A stretch of 64,000 nt of DNA. It comes from an uncultured delta proteobacterium (GTDB lineage Bacteria; Desulfobacterota; RBG-13-43-22). Positions 19,788 to 30,139 of this stretch are shown in pieces. The notes beneath the pieces were generated by a model. That model was not told the DNA's origin and made no database searches. It worked only from the letters and a program-made list of their open reading frames with translations. The DNA lies in contig CAWBOS010000012.1 of assembly GCA_963790475.1 (NCBI GenBank), forward strand, positions 928,001-992,000, given 5' to 3'. Each line of letters begins with the position of its first letter. Positions within the stretch are counted from its first letter, which is position 1. A program made the position numbers and the translations under genes.

Positions 19788-19874
19788 CGTTACCCCCGTA
19801 TCCCGGTCCATGACTAGTTCTGGACCCGGCTTCCGTGGGGGTGGCGCCATTGAGACTTATTGGGAGTACATCAA
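19788..19874. repeat. degenerate REP-like element with MITE-type right end
   Basis: CGTTACCCCCG...CTGGACCCGGCTTCCGTGGGGGTGGCG, then GACTTATTGGGAGTACATCAA. Confidence 0.55.
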
Positions 19875-19904
19875 TGATGATGGATCCGTAAAAAGACCAT
19901 CATC

Positions 19905-20375
19905 TCAGAACCTCAGGGTGGCTTTAAACCGTAAAGGATTAAGCAAGAGGGTTAAGGCACTCATGGCGCTCCGGACATGGATGTCGGCGGCCATAATGGC
20001 CTCAACGGCACACCCTTCCTCTTCCGTGACGGCAATTCCGACCTTGGCTGATTTCAGCATTCGGCGGTCGTTGTTGCCGTTTCCCAGGGCAATCACTTTC
20101 TCCGGGCCGATTTTTTTTAGGTATTCCTCTTTTTGTACATCATGATCCGGACCGGTCAGAATTTGGATTTGGCAGGGAACCCCGGCCAGGGCTTCTCTGG
20201 CCCGGCCGAAGGTGTCGGCTGTCAGAATATGAATGGTCAATTTCTCCGATAGTCGGTTTAAACCGTCTTTAACTCCGGGCAGCAAATGTCCATCCACCGA
20301 AAGGGTTCCGGTGAAATCGGATACCAAATGGGACAAATGAATTGGTCCGAAACCCGGGATATCCATTTCGATCAT
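19905..20375 (-). CDS. HAD-superfamily hydrolase (soluble P-type ATPase-like)
   Basis: SDFTGTL, ILTADTFG, K, GNGNND motifs. The start overlaps the upstream gene stop (ATGA). Confidence 0.9.
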   Translation of the reverse strand: MIEMDIPGFGPIHLSHLVSDFTGTLSVDGHLLPGVKDGLNRLSEKLTIHILTADTFGRAREALAGVPCQIQILTGPDHDVQKEEYLKKIGPEKVIALGNGNNDRRMLKSAKVGIAVTEEEGCAVEAIMAADIHVRSAMSALTLLLNPLRFKATLRF

Positions 20376-22912
20376 AATGCTTCCTCTTTGGCATTCAAAT
20401 AGCCTTGAATTTCTTCACTCTCCGGATCCTGTTTGAGGGCTTCTATAAAACAATCCTGGGCTTCCTGGTGTTTATTCAAATTTCGGAAAGAAAGGCCCAA
20501 GAGCCGGTAAACCTCTCTCGATGGTCCCCCTTGCCCCAGGGCTTGCTGTAAGGCGTCCACGGCCCTTTTGGGGAAATCGTTCATCAGCAGGGCCCTCCCC
20601 AAATTTATCCAGTAGGCACTTTTGGTCGGTTCGATACGAGTGGCTTGCTGGCAAAGGGACAAAGCCACCTTGATGCTTTCACCCTGTTGAAGGTAAAGCC
20701 CCCCCAGGCGGGACAAACAAAAGGCATTCTGGGGATTGTCTTTTAAGGCCTTTTTATACCAGGCCATGGCCTCTTTCCCTTTACCCAAGGATTCTTCCGT
20801 TTCCCCCAGAACCCGGTAAATAAACCCTCTTTTATTCGGGGATTCTTCGGCCCTTTTGAACCAATGATAGGCCTGAGGGATGTTCCCTTGTTCCCGGTAG
20901 AGCCTTCCCAGATGATAGGCCAGATCAAAATCGACGCCATTTCTTCGGGCCAAGGTTTCCCAGGTTTCGATCGCTTCTTCATTCCTCCCCAGCCGGGCCA
21001 GGGCAAATCCCAGATTGAAAGAGGCCATAAAATCATCCTTCGATAGGGCCAGGACCTGATGAAAGGATTTAACGGCCTGTTTCAGTTGCCCTTGATCGGC
21101 ATAACAAACTCCCAGGCTGTTCAAGGCGTTGATATTTCCAGGATCAAGGATCAAGGCTTTTTCATATTCCCGGATGGCTTCAATGAGGTCTCCGCGTTGG
21201 TAAAGTTTGTCCCCGCTGATGTTGAGGCTGACGGAATCAAAAGCGATAAAGGAACCCGGGCCCAGGAAGGCCAGATGATCCAGGGCCTTTACCGTGTTTT
21301 CAAGAATCTCCCCCTTATGAAAGGGGGGACAAGGATAATCGGCCAGGGCAAAAGAAAGGGATAGATTAAGGGTTTGTTTGAATTGTTCCATTAAATTCCT
21401 GGCCCACACGCCCCCCTCTGCCTTATCCATTTCCGGGATAAAAAGGATAAAACCATCTCGGCCATAGGGACCAACCAAACCGCCGGCCGGCAGCCTTTCT
21501 TCCAGGCCGAGGTTCATTTCTTTTTGAATTTCTTTCAGGCTCCTTTCCCCCCAGAGCTTTAATCGGTTGGCGTAATCATCCATCCGCCCGATGAGCAGAG
21601 AAAATTTTTCAGTGACTTTAAGAGCCTCTCGAAATTTCTGCTGGAACATTTGAAAGGAGCGAAGCGGGAGGTTAGATAAAGGGGCTCCTTCTTTTAGGTC
21701 CCCCATTCTCTTACTTCCGGGGGAGGCCAGTCGAACCCAATCATCTTTTTGAATGCTCAATCCCGATTGCTGCAGATAGATGACTTCGGCAATACAGAGA
21801 TCTTCCTGTATCTCCAGCGGAATAGCCAATCCTTTCTCTTTTTCCGGGTCGCCGTCTTCCAGGATGGAAAATCGCATGAAAGGGCTGACCCCGGCTTTTT
21901 GTCCCAGGTTAATGACGATTCGATGACCGGGGAGAAGGTCCAAGACTCTGCCGGCTTGAAAAAGTATTTCATCATAAGCCAGGGCAGTATTTTCTCCCAA
22001 GTATTGAGCTGAAATAAAGGCGGTCCAGGCCTGTTCCCACCACAGGCTTACCCGATAATACTGGGAAGGTTTCCCTTGAATGGTTTCTTGGCTTCGGGGG
22101 TTAAACCCGGCCCATCCCAACTGATAAATAAACTTTGATTTCATCCCCGGGGTAACCTGAAAGAGGGGAAAAGGAGGATTCCTTCCTTCTTCCAGGGAGG
22201 GAACAACAAAACCGAGGATCAAAGGTTCGTGGTGGATCGTGGCCAGGATTGTCCCCTTAGGAAAGGAACCGGAAATTTCTTTAATCCAGGCCCGCGACTC
22301 GGCCTCCGGGGAAGTGGAGAAAAAACCTATCGGGGGATGTTTTGGTTTAAGAGAGAGAAATCCAAGGATCAAGGCCCGGGAAGACTGCCCCTCCGCCAGA
22401 CTTAACTTCTCTGGTTTTCGGTTTCCCTTTTTTTTGGTGAATTCCTTTAAAACCCGAATCAGGAATTTTCGGAAAGCCCCTTCATGATAAAGGCCGGTAA
22501 CAGGGTCCAACTGGACCTGCTTCCTTAAGGCGGTCATTTCCAGGGCGATGCCGGACAGTCTTTCCAACAGCATCCTTTCTCCGGCTTCAGGAACCTGAGG
22601 CAGACCGAAAAGGACCAGGAAGCCTATCGGTGCGCCGTGAAAGACCAAAGGCGAAAAAAGTCTTTTTCTCCCCGGGTCATAATACATTTCCTTTTGGGTG
22701 ACCCAGTTGCTGCCTACATATTCTTCCAGGTTCCCGCCCTCCTTCCAGGTCAGGGCCGATTGGGGACGTTCGGGAAAATAAAAATTGAGGGAATGGAAAG
22801 CAAAGAGCCCCTGGAAAATTTTGAAAAACAGGGTACGGGAAGCCAGCAGATCTTCAGGGGAAATATCCGGGGTGGTGGAAAAAGGCATCAGGGCATATCC
22901 TTTGTTGCTCAA
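20372..22912 (-). CDS. TPR-repeat protein with degenerate GGDEF-like domain(s)
   Basis: DPVTGLYHEGAFR; YGRDGFILF where GGDEF would be; many C-terminal TPRs (ALNSLGVCY, FNLGFAL, YWINLGRAL). Start may be ATG 22888. Confidence 0.85.
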   Translation of the reverse strand: MSNKGYALMPFSTTPDISPEDLLASRTLFFKIFQGLFAFHSLNFYFPERPQSALTWKEGGNLEEYVGSNWVTQKEMYYDPGRKRLFSPLVFHGAPIGFLVLFGLPQVPEAGERMLLERLSGIALEMTALRKQVQLDPVTGLYHEGAFRKFLIRVLKEFTKKKGNRKPEKLSLAEGQSSRALILGFLSLKPKHPPIGFFSTSPEAESRAWIKEISGSFPKGTILATIHHEPLILGFVVPSLEEGRNPPFPLFQVTPGMKSKFIYQLGWAGFNPRSQETIQGKPSQYYRVSLWWEQAWTAFISAQYLGENTALAYDEILFQAGRVLDLLPGHRIVINLGQKAGVSPFMRFSILEDGDPEKEKGLAIPLEIQEDLCIAEVIYLQQSGLSIQKDDWVRLASPGSKRMGDLKEGAPLSNLPLRSFQMFQQKFREALKVTEKFSLLIGRMDDYANRLKLWGERSLKEIQKEMNLGLEERLPAGGLVGPYGRDGFILFIPEMDKAEGGVWARNLMEQFKQTLNLSLSFALADYPCPPFHKGEILENTVKALDHLAFLGPGSFIAFDSVSLNISGDKLYQRGDLIEAIREYEKALILDPGNINALNSLGVCYADQGQLKQAVKSFHQVLALSKDDFMASFNLGFALARLGRNEEAIETWETLARRNGVDFDLAYHLGRLYREQGNIPQAYHWFKRAEESPNKRGFIYRVLGETEESLGKGKEAMAWYKKALKDNPQNAFCLSRLGGLYLQQGESIKVALSLCQQATRIEPTKSAYWINLGRALLMNDFPKRAVDALQQALGQGGPSREVYRLLGLSFRNLNKHQEAQDCFIEALKQDPESEEIQGYLNAKEEAL

Positions 22913-23035
22913 GAATTCTTCTTGGGAAAGATATACGGATGCCTGAATTTTGTCAACAAGCAGTTCCGGATATGATTTACAACTTGACAGAAAAGACGGC
23001 TATATTATAGATTTAAAAGATTAGGTTCATAACTT

Positions 23036-23953
23036 TTGGAGGTTAAATTCAACATGAATATCTATGTCCGGGCCATGCGTTTGCCCTTCCTCACCGGTTC
23101 CTTGGTCCCGGTCCTTCTGGCCGCCGGCCAGGCCTATCATCATGGCTCTTTCCGCATCCTCGAATTCTTCTTGATCATGATAGGCGTGGGGTCCCTTCAT
23201 CTGGCCGCTAACCTGATCAATGACTATTTCGATGCCCGAGGAAGCGATGTCCTCAACCTGCATCCCACTCCGTTCAGCGGTGGAAGCCGGGTCATCCAGG
23301 AGGAATCGTTAAGCGCCCGCCGGGTATTATTCCTGTCGATCTTCTTTTTCGCCCTGGCCATAATCACCGGCCTGCTCCTTTTGCTGATGGGCTATCCTTA
23401 TGTGGCCTTGGTCGGCCTTTTGGGCCTTCTGTCCGGATTGCTTTACTCCGTCGATCCGGTTAAGTTCATGTCTCGCGGCCTTGGCGAAATAACGATCTTT
23501 CTGGCCTTCGGACCTTTGATCACCTGGGGGACTTACTATGGCCTGACCGGTCAATTGACTTGGCCGGCTTTTTTCCTGGGGTTCCCTCTGGGATTCCTGA
23601 TCACCGCCGTTGTCTGGATCAACCAGTTTCCTGATTTTCAGGCTGATCGAGCCGCTCATAAAAACAACCTGGTGGTTCGACTGGGCCTCGAAAATTCCCG
23701 CTGGGTCTATCTGGTTTTGATGCTTCTCCCTTTTCCGTTTCTCTTTTTTTTATGGGGGACCCAGGAAATATCCTTTCTGGCCCTTCTGGCCTGGCTGGCC
23801 CTGCCCCTGGCCCTGAAAGCCGTTCGTATTTTCTGGGGCAGCTTTCAAACCTTTGAACAGATCATCCCGGCCCAGGCCCTGACCATTCAAACCAATATGG
23901 CTGTTGGGGTGCTTATGCTGGCCGGCATAATGATCGGGCATTTTATCTCTTAG
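23036..23953 (+). CDS. menA: 1,4-dihydroxy-2-naphthoate prenyltransferase (UbiA family)
   Basis: RLPFLTGS, NLINDYFD..GSD, FSGGSR, GLGE, NQFPDFQAD...K; multiple TMs. Confidence 0.85.
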   Translation: MEVKFNMNIYVRAMRLPFLTGSLVPVLLAAGQAYHHGSFRILEFFLIMIGVGSLHLAANLINDYFDARGSDVLNLHPTPFSGGSRVIQEESLSARRVLFLSIFFFALAIITGLLLLLMGYPYVALVGLLGLLSGLLYSVDPVKFMSRGLGEITIFLAFGPLITWGTYYGLTGQLTWPAFFLGFPLGFLITAVVWINQFPDFQADRAAHKNNLVVRLGLENSRWVYLVLMLLPFPFLFFLWGTQEISFLALLAWLALPLALKAVRIFWGSFQTFEQIIPAQALTIQTNMAVGVLMLAGIMIGHFIS

Positions 23954-24229
23954 TGGATCAGGGCTGAAATCAGCGGCCTGGTGGGGCTGCCGTGCACCTT
24001 CGTTATTTTTGACTTCAACCATTGATACGGGTTTAACCTGGCCGCCCTTCTACTGCCGCAATGGCCGAGATAATCGAGAAGTTTTTTAAGGTTATCCCAG
24101 GTCCTGTCTGAGACTGGGATCCATGACTCAATGGGGGCCGGACTATTCGCCTGGTTAAGAAACAATCTTCTTTAAAGGTCTTACCCTAGGCAATCAGAGC
24201 GGTCAGAGGGGTCTATTCTATTTCTTATC

Positions 24230-26272
24230 TTATTCTCTCCTTAGCAGTTCCAATGCCTTTTCCACCACCCGATCGGCTGTGAGACCGAACTTTTCATATA
24301 AAATCTTGTCGGGGGCCGAAGCACCGAAATGATCCAGGCCGATTACCAGGCCCTGGTCTCCCACATAGCGATGCCACCCTTGTGGGCTTCCGGCCTCGAT
24401 GGCCACCCGGGCCTTGACCTCTGGAGGCAATATCCGGTGGCGGTATTCTTTAGGTTGCTTCTCAAACAATTCCCAACTGGGCATACTGACCACCTGCGAA
24501 GGAATTCCCATGGCCAATAGTTTTTCCCCGGCTCCCAGGGCGATAGAAATTTCCGAACCCGTGGCCATCAGAATAAGCTTTGGTTGGGTTTCTTTGGACC
24601 CTGTAAGACCATAAGCACCGAAGGCTAAGTTATCGGCCGGTGGCATCAGGCTCCGATCCAGGGTGGGCAGATTTTGTCGGCTCAACACCAAAGCAGTCGG
24701 ACCATTCTTTGTTTTCAGGGCCATTCGCCAAGCCTGGGCCGTTTCATTGGCATCGGCCGGCCGGATGACCGTCAAATTGGGTATGGCCCGAAGGGCAGCT
24801 AATTGCTCGATGGGTTGATGGGTAGGGCCGTCTTCTCCCAGACCGATGCTGTCATGGGTGAAAACGTAAATGACCCGTAAGCCCATCATGGCCGCCAGCC
24901 TTATGGTCGGACGCATGTAATCGGAGAAGATCAGGAATGTTCCGCCGTAAGGGATGATGCCCCCGTGCAGGGCCATGCCGTTCATGAGGGATCCCATGCC
25001 GTGTTCCCGAACCCCGAATCGGACATTGCGCTGATCGTAGGTTCCGGCCTGAAAATCTTTGGAGCCTTTAATTTCCGTTTTGTTGGATGGGGCCAGATCG
25101 GCGGAGCCGCCGATCAGATTCGGAATCCTGGCGGCCAGGGCATTAAGCACTGATCCCGAGGCCGCCCGGGTGGCCATCCCCTTGGGATCGGCTGGAAAAA
25201 CGGGGATTCCCTGTTCCCACCCTTCAGGCAGGTCTCCGGCCGTAATCCGCTTCCATTCCCCGGCTAATTCGGGATAGGCTTTTTCATAGGCGGCCAACAG
25301 ATTGGTCCATTCCTTTTCTCTTTTTTCTCCATCCTTAACAGGCTTTCGCAATATCTTTTGAACTTCAGGCGGGATATAGAAGGTCGGCTCCAAAGGCCAG
25401 CCCAGATTTTCCTTGGTCAGTCGGACCTCTTCCGTTCCCAACGGCTCCCCATGACAACCGGCCGTATTCTGCTTGTTAGGGCTTCCCCACCCGATACAGG
25501 TGCGAACGGCGATTAGGGATGGTCGTTCGGTTTGGGCCTTGGCCTTCCGTATCGCTTTCCCAATGGCCTTAAGATCATTCCCCTCTTCAACCTGCTGGAC
25601 ATGCCAGCCGTAGGCCTTGAACCGGTCCAGCCGGTTCTCGGTAAAGGCAATGTCCGTGCTGCCCTCAATGGAAATGTGATTGTCATCGTACAGGTAAATC
25701 AGCTTGCCCAATTTCAGGTGACCGGCCAGGGATGCGGCCTCGTGAGAAACCCCTTCCATCAAATCCCCGTCGCTGACAATGGCATAAGTGTAATGATCCA
25801 CGATGGGAAAATTTGGGCGGTTAAAGCGGGCGGCCAAAAAGCTTTCGGCCATGGCCATACCCACCCCGTTGGCAAAGCCCTGTCCCAGGGGTCCGGTGGT
25901 GGTTTCCACTCCCGGAGTATGTTGGTATTCGGGATGGCCCGGGGTTTTACTTCCCCACTGCCTGAAGGCCTTCAGATCATCCAGCGTAAGGTCATAACCG
26001 GTGAGATGCAGCAAACTGTACAGCAGCATGGAGCCGTGCCCTGCGGAAAGAACAAACCGGTCCCGGTCCGGCCACTTCGGGTTCCGGGGGTTGTGTTTCA
26101 GGAAACGGGTCCAAAGGACATAAGCCATAGGGGCCGCGCCCATGGGCATGCCGGGATGCCCGGAATTGGCCTTTTGGACCGCATCTACGGCCAACATGCG
26201 GATGGTGTTGATACAAAGATTGTCCAAAGAATCAAGCCGGGAGGGGTTTATGGTCTGATTGGTTTCTTTCAT
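24230..26272 (-). CDS. tkt: transketolase
   Basis: [51 protein letters not shown]. Confidence 0.99.
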   Translation of the reverse strand: MKETNQTINPSRLDSLDNLCINTIRMLAVDAVQKANSGHPGMPMGAAPMAYVLWTRFLKHNPRNPKWPDRDRFVLSAGHGSMLLYSLLHLTGYDLTLDDLKAFRQWGSKTPGHPEYQHTPGVETTTGPLGQGFANGVGMAMAESFLAARFNRPNFPIVDHYTYAIVSDGDLMEGVSHEAASLAGHLKLGKLIYLYDDNHISIEGSTDIAFTENRLDRFKAYGWHVQQVEEGNDLKAIGKAIRKAKAQTERPSLIAVRTCIGWGSPNKQNTAGCHGEPLGTEEVRLTKENLGWPLEPTFYIPPEVQKILRKPVKDGEKREKEWTNLLAAYEKAYPELAGEWKRITAGDLPEGWEQGIPVFPADPKGMATRAASGSVLNALAARIPNLIGGSADLAPSNKTEIKGSKDFQAGTYDQRNVRFGVREHGMGSLMNGMALHGGIIPYGGTFLIFSDYMRPTIRLAAMMGLRVIYVFTHDSIGLGEDGPTHQPIEQLAALRAIPNLTVIRPADANETAQAWRMALKTKNGPTALVLSRQNLPTLDRSLMPPADNLAFGAYGLTGSKETQPKLILMATGSEISIALGAGEKLLAMGIPSQVVSMPSWELFEKQPKEYRHRILPPEVKARVAIEAGSPQGWHRYVGDQGLVIGLDHFGASAPDKILYEKFGLTADRVVEKALELLRRE

Positions 26273-26678
26273 CGGGTTATCTCCAAATTAATAAGGGAAT
26301 GGTGTTCTTAAAAAACCAGCCCAATCTATTCCAAGAAGCCCCGCTTGTAAACCAATTTTTTCCCTTAAGCCTCTCCTTTTTTCCCCAACTCCGAACCCCT
26401 TTTTGTCGGTAAATCTTTTTTGGGCATCAGCTTTCAGCCCTTAAAGATTTTCTCCAAACTACCCATTCTTCATTCCCAGGTCCCTTTTTTAAGATCCTGG
26501 TGAAAGGTCGAAACCTTAATATCAATTTTTTGAATAAGATTTGACAATCATTAATTGATATTTATATATTTTAAATCAATAAGTTAAATCATAAGACCTT
26601 AAATCTTGATAAACAGGGCCGGGATTAAGAGAATAAAAATAGTCCTGTTTGTAAATCCAATTCAGTTTATTTATTTTC

Positions 26679-26707
26679 TTGACTTGCATTCTCTCTTTTG
26701 ATCTAAT
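26679..26707 (+). promoter_or_regulatory. putative sigma-70 promoter (extended -10) upstream of the double TetR gene
   Basis: TTGACT-N17-TCTAAT with TG one base upstream of the -10, in an AT-rich divergent spacer. A second TTGACA at 26541 abuts the near-palindrome ATCATTAATTGAT. Confidence 0.55.
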
Positions 26708-26829
26708 GTCCCCCAAGATTTGAAAATGGTCGGAAATAAGCCCTCCAGCTCTATTTCCCGTGGCCCCGTAATCGAGAGTGAAACGAACCTATAAGCTCAA
26801 TTTATCTGAGACCAGAGAAATAGAGAAAT

Positions 26830-28104
26830 ATGGAGAAAACTCTTTCAGTGTCAGGTGTCCAGGACCAAATTATAAATCCTTTTTCAACGCCCCTCCAAAA
26901 TCCAGGATCCGATAAAAAGCTCAAGATCCTGACCGCCGCCGAAGAAATCATATCCAACAAGGGTTTTAAAGAAGCGACCATTTCCGAAATAGCCTCTCAG
27001 GCCGGAATCAATGACTCGATCATCTACCGCTATTTCAAGGGGAAAGAAGATGTTCTTTTCTCCATTATAGAAGAAAGACTAAAAGAGGGACTGGCCCTTT
27101 TGGATAGGGATCTTCAAGGACTCATCGATCCTAAAAGCCAGCTTAGAAAGATGATGTGGGGAAATCTTTGGTACCAAAACGCTTATTCAGCTTATTCCCG
27201 AATCCTTTTGTTTGAGTGCCGTTCCTCCACCAGATTTTATTCATCGCCGGCTTATCTTCTCTTGCAAAAATATGTTGCCCGTCTTACGACCATTTTGGAA
27301 CAAGGGATAAAAGAAAGCATATTCCGTGGCGATGTAACCATATCCTTGATGCGTGATATGGTCTTTGGAGTATTAGACATGATCACCATCGGGTTTCACG
27401 AGTTGAAAGAGGTAGAGAACCCCATGTTCGATTTTGAGGATGCGGCGGCCCTGATGGAATTTATCCTGGCCCCCAGACAAGAGACGGAAAGGGCCATCCC
27501 CGATAAATCCTCTATTATTCTCGAATCGGCCGAGAAAGTATTTGCCCAAAAGGGATATGATAGGGCCAAAATGACCGAGATTGCTCAACTGGCGGGTGTA
27601 GCCGACGGGACCGTCTACGAATACTTCGAAAACAAGGAACTCCTCCTTTTCTCCATACCCAAGAGACGGTTTGAACAATATTTCAACGACCTGTCTGGGG
27701 TCATTCATCCTGAATTTGCGGTCAGCAAACTAAAGAAATTAATTATGTATCATTTTTCAACCTTCCTGGGCGATCCTGATTTTTCAAGGATTTTTGTTCT
27801 CAATCTTTTCTTAAATAAAGGATTTTACCACTCTGAGGCCTTTGAAGCCTTTCAAAATTATTACCGATTGCTGGAAGAAGTCCTCGAAGAGGGAAAGACG
27901 GAGGGGGTTTTTCGCTCCGAGGTGAATCCGAGAGTTTTTCGGAATATGCTATTAGGAACCTTCTGCCACATGGTGACGCGCTGGATCGCTGATCGTAAGA
28001 TGAATGAGGTAGGTATGATGAAGGAAGTGAATCAGATGGCCGATCTGATGGCGAATGCCGTTTTGGTGGCGAAGTTCCCAGACGGATCGGGAGCCAAAGA
28101 TTAG
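26830..28104 (+). CDS. tandem (two-domain) TetR family regulator
   Basis: Two complete HTH plus ligand-binding units: KGFKEATISEIASQAGINDSIIYRYFKGKEDVL and KGYDRAKMTEIAQLAGVADGTVYEYFENKELLL. Confidence 0.93.
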   Translation: MEKTLSVSGVQDQIINPFSTPLQNPGSDKKLKILTAAEEIISNKGFKEATISEIASQAGINDSIIYRYFKGKEDVLFSIIEERLKEGLALLDRDLQGLIDPKSQLRKMMWGNLWYQNAYSAYSRILLFECRSSTRFYSSPAYLLLQKYVARLTTILEQGIKESIFRGDVTISLMRDMVFGVLDMITIGFHELKEVENPMFDFEDAAALMEFILAPRQETERAIPDKSSIILESAEKVFAQKGYDRAKMTEIAQLAGVADGTVYEYFENKELLLFSIPKRRFEQYFNDLSGVIHPEFAVSKLKKLIMYHFSTFLGDPDFSRIFVLNLFLNKGFYHSEAFEAFQNYYRLLEEVLEEGKTEGVFRSEVNPRVFRNMLLGTFCHMVTRWIADRKMNEVGMMKEVNQMADLMANAVLVAKFPDGSGAKD

Positions 28105-28234
28105 TTTCTATTCGAGAGTAGGAGGTGGTGTGGATCGAGAAAAATGACTGGATATTAATTCGGTTAGGAAAATGAAACTGGCAATAAGATCTGTTTCTTT
28201 ATTAATTATTCAGATTATTAAAAGGAGAAACGAA

Positions 28235-28747
28235 ATGAAAAGAATTGCAACTTGTTTATGTGTTGTCCTGGCCTTAGCGCTGGGAATCACCTTAGTTCCC
28301 GTATTGACCTCGGCCGCGGAATTTTCTTATGACAGTCCGCCGGCCTTTACCGTGACCTATCCCGCCGGCAGTACGGACGAGGAAAAGACTGACCCTACGC
28401 AAATATGGAGAATCCAGTATCCGGGAGGATATTTCGCTGACGCTTCCGTTGCACCCATTCCCGAAGGTATTGCGCTGAAGGATTATGCGGAAAAAGCTTA
28501 CAAGCCGGGTCTCGAGAAAGACCAGAAAGCCACAGCCAGGATGAGCGACAACAAGGAGATCACCCTCTCGGATGGTACCAAGGCTTACTACTCCGAAATA
28601 AGCTGGACCCACCCACCCACCGGTACTCCTATTACCACAATGATTGTTTCGGCTTACAAGGACGGAAAGGTGATTACCATCGGAGCTCATCCCTATGGAA
28701 ATTATGGCCAATATGAGAAACTCGTCAAGAGCCTCAAGTTTAAATAA
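28235..28747 (+). CDS. exported protein, PsbP/DcrB-like fold suspected
   Basis: AAGGAG RBS, signal peptide (..VLTSA-A), FTVTYP and C-terminal EKLVKSLKFK pattern typical of PsbP-like proteins. Confidence 0.7.
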   Translation: MKRIATCLCVVLALALGITLVPVLTSAAEFSYDSPPAFTVTYPAGSTDEEKTDPTQIWRIQYPGGYFADASVAPIPEGIALKDYAEKAYKPGLEKDQKATARMSDNKEITLSDGTKAYYSEISWTHPPTGTPITTMIVSAYKDGKVITIGAHPYGNYGQYEKLVKSLKFK

Positions 28748-28889
28748 CTTCTATGGAAAGTCACCGTTTCGGTAACTTCATGCAAACAGATTGACCGAGC
28801 AGATCGAAGATAAACTAAAACAGATTCTTCGGTCGTTGATATTTGAAAAATAAATTTTGAAACGTTTCCTCTTCTCTTCCACAACAGAT

Positions 28890-28936
28890 GGATGATCGCT
28901 CTTGCCTCTTTAGACTGAAGGCCGGAGCGGTCATCC
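28890..28936 (+). terminator. stem-loop between the exported-protein gene and the ABC permease gene
   Basis: GGATGATCGCTC ... GAGCGGTCATCC inverted repeat followed by CTCTTGT; U-tract is weak. Confidence 0.35.
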
Positions 28937-28988
28937 CTCTTGTCTCGAGATTAGGTTGCCTATGAAGGAAAGTTAGAAAAAAAGGGCC

Positions 28989-29945
28989 ATGCGTAAATAC
29001 ATCCTTGAAAGACTCATATATACCGTAATTCTTTTATTCCTGGTCTCGATCCTTATCTTTACCCTGGTCAGGCTTCTACCCGGAGACCCGGTATCTTTTG
29101 CGGCCATGGCCAATTCGGATCTGGCCGACAAGACCATCATGGCCGAACTGCGGGCCCGGTATGGCCTGGATAAGCCGATCTATACCCAATACGTTATCTG
29201 GCTGAAGGACTTTGTTCAGGGACAATGGGGAAAATCAATAGGAAGTGGGGAACCCGTCATGGACATGTTCCTGAGCCGACTGCCTGTGACCGTGGAGCTC
29301 TTTTTAGGAGCAACCTTCTGGTCCTTTCTCATAGGCTTCCCGGTGGGGATCATAGGGGCCCTCAGGCGAAACTCACCCCTTGACGCCTTTCTGACAACAA
29401 GTTCTATTATCGGGGTTTCCATCCCGGCCTTTTGGGAAGGGATTGTCTTTATCTATCTCTTTGCCGTTATTTTTCCAATCTTTCCCCCCTCCGGATATGT
29501 TCCCTTTTTCGAGAGTCCCTGGGAGAATATGCTTTCGGTTCTCATGCCCACCTTTATTATGGGTACGGGGAGCGCCGGCCTGCTGGCCCGCTATGTGCGA
29601 TCCAGTTTCCTGGAGGTCATGGGTCAGGATTTTATCCGAACCGCGCGGGCCAAGGGAGTAAAAGGACCGGGGGTGATTCGTAAACATGCCTTTAAGCCGG
29701 CCATGTTACCTGTGGTCACGGTCATCGGTTTGAGCTGGGCTCAACTGGTGAGTGGAGCTTTTATTGTCGAATTTATGTTTGCTATTCCCGGTCTGGGCCG
29801 GATGGGGATCGATGCCGTCTTTGCCAGAGATTTTCCGGTGCTCCAGGTCGTACTGGTTATCGTAGCCTTAAATGTCTTACTAATGAATTTGTTCGTCGAT
29901 CTCTTATATGGCCTTCTGGATCCCAGGGTGCGAGTAAACAGATGA
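28989..29945 (+). CDS. peptide/nickel ABC transporter permease (DppB/OppB-like)
   Basis: LLPGDP, GLDKP, DFIRTARAKG EAA loop, FAIPGLG, LDPRV. Confidence 0.95.
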   Translation: MRKYILERLIYTVILLFLVSILIFTLVRLLPGDPVSFAAMANSDLADKTIMAELRARYGLDKPIYTQYVIWLKDFVQGQWGKSIGSGEPVMDMFLSRLPVTVELFLGATFWSFLIGFPVGIIGALRRNSPLDAFLTTSSIIGVSIPAFWEGIVFIYLFAVIFPIFPPSGYVPFFESPWENMLSVLMPTFIMGTGSAGLLARYVRSSFLEVMGQDFIRTARAKGVKGPGVIRKHAFKPAMLPVVTVIGLSWAQLVSGAFIVEFMFAIPGLGRMGIDAVFARDFPVLQVVLVIVALNVLLMNLFVDLLYGLLDPRVRVNR

Positions 29946-30108
29946 TTGATGGTCTCATGGAAAATCCCACCCACGTCACCCCGGCCAAAGTCGGGGTCCA
30001 GGCTATTCATGGGGGATTTAAATTCTGGATTCCCCCGGGTCTGGTCCGGGGCAGGCTTAGTCAAGCCCGGACGAGAACGGAATTTGAGAAATTTTTTCAA
30101 GTTCGTAA
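29946..30108. repeat. REP/MITE-like element between the two permease genes
   Basis: TTGATGGTCTCATGGAAAATC end, CGTCACCCCGGCCAAAGTCGGGGTCCAGG arm, nested CCCCGGGTCTGGTCCGGGGCAGGC. Confidence 0.65.
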
Positions 30109-30139
30109 GTTATTCGGTAATAAAAAGGAAAAGTAAATT

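Noticed and set aside
23950-24165. 71-aa minus-strand ORF between menA and tkt
   Set aside because: TTG start without a clear RBS and no recognisable family; it could be a decayed fragment but cannot be supported.
26273-26829. Boundary of an integrated genomic island
   Set aside because: The spacer is AT-rich but has no integrase, tRNA or direct repeat, and the same repeat families occur on both sides, which argues for long residence.
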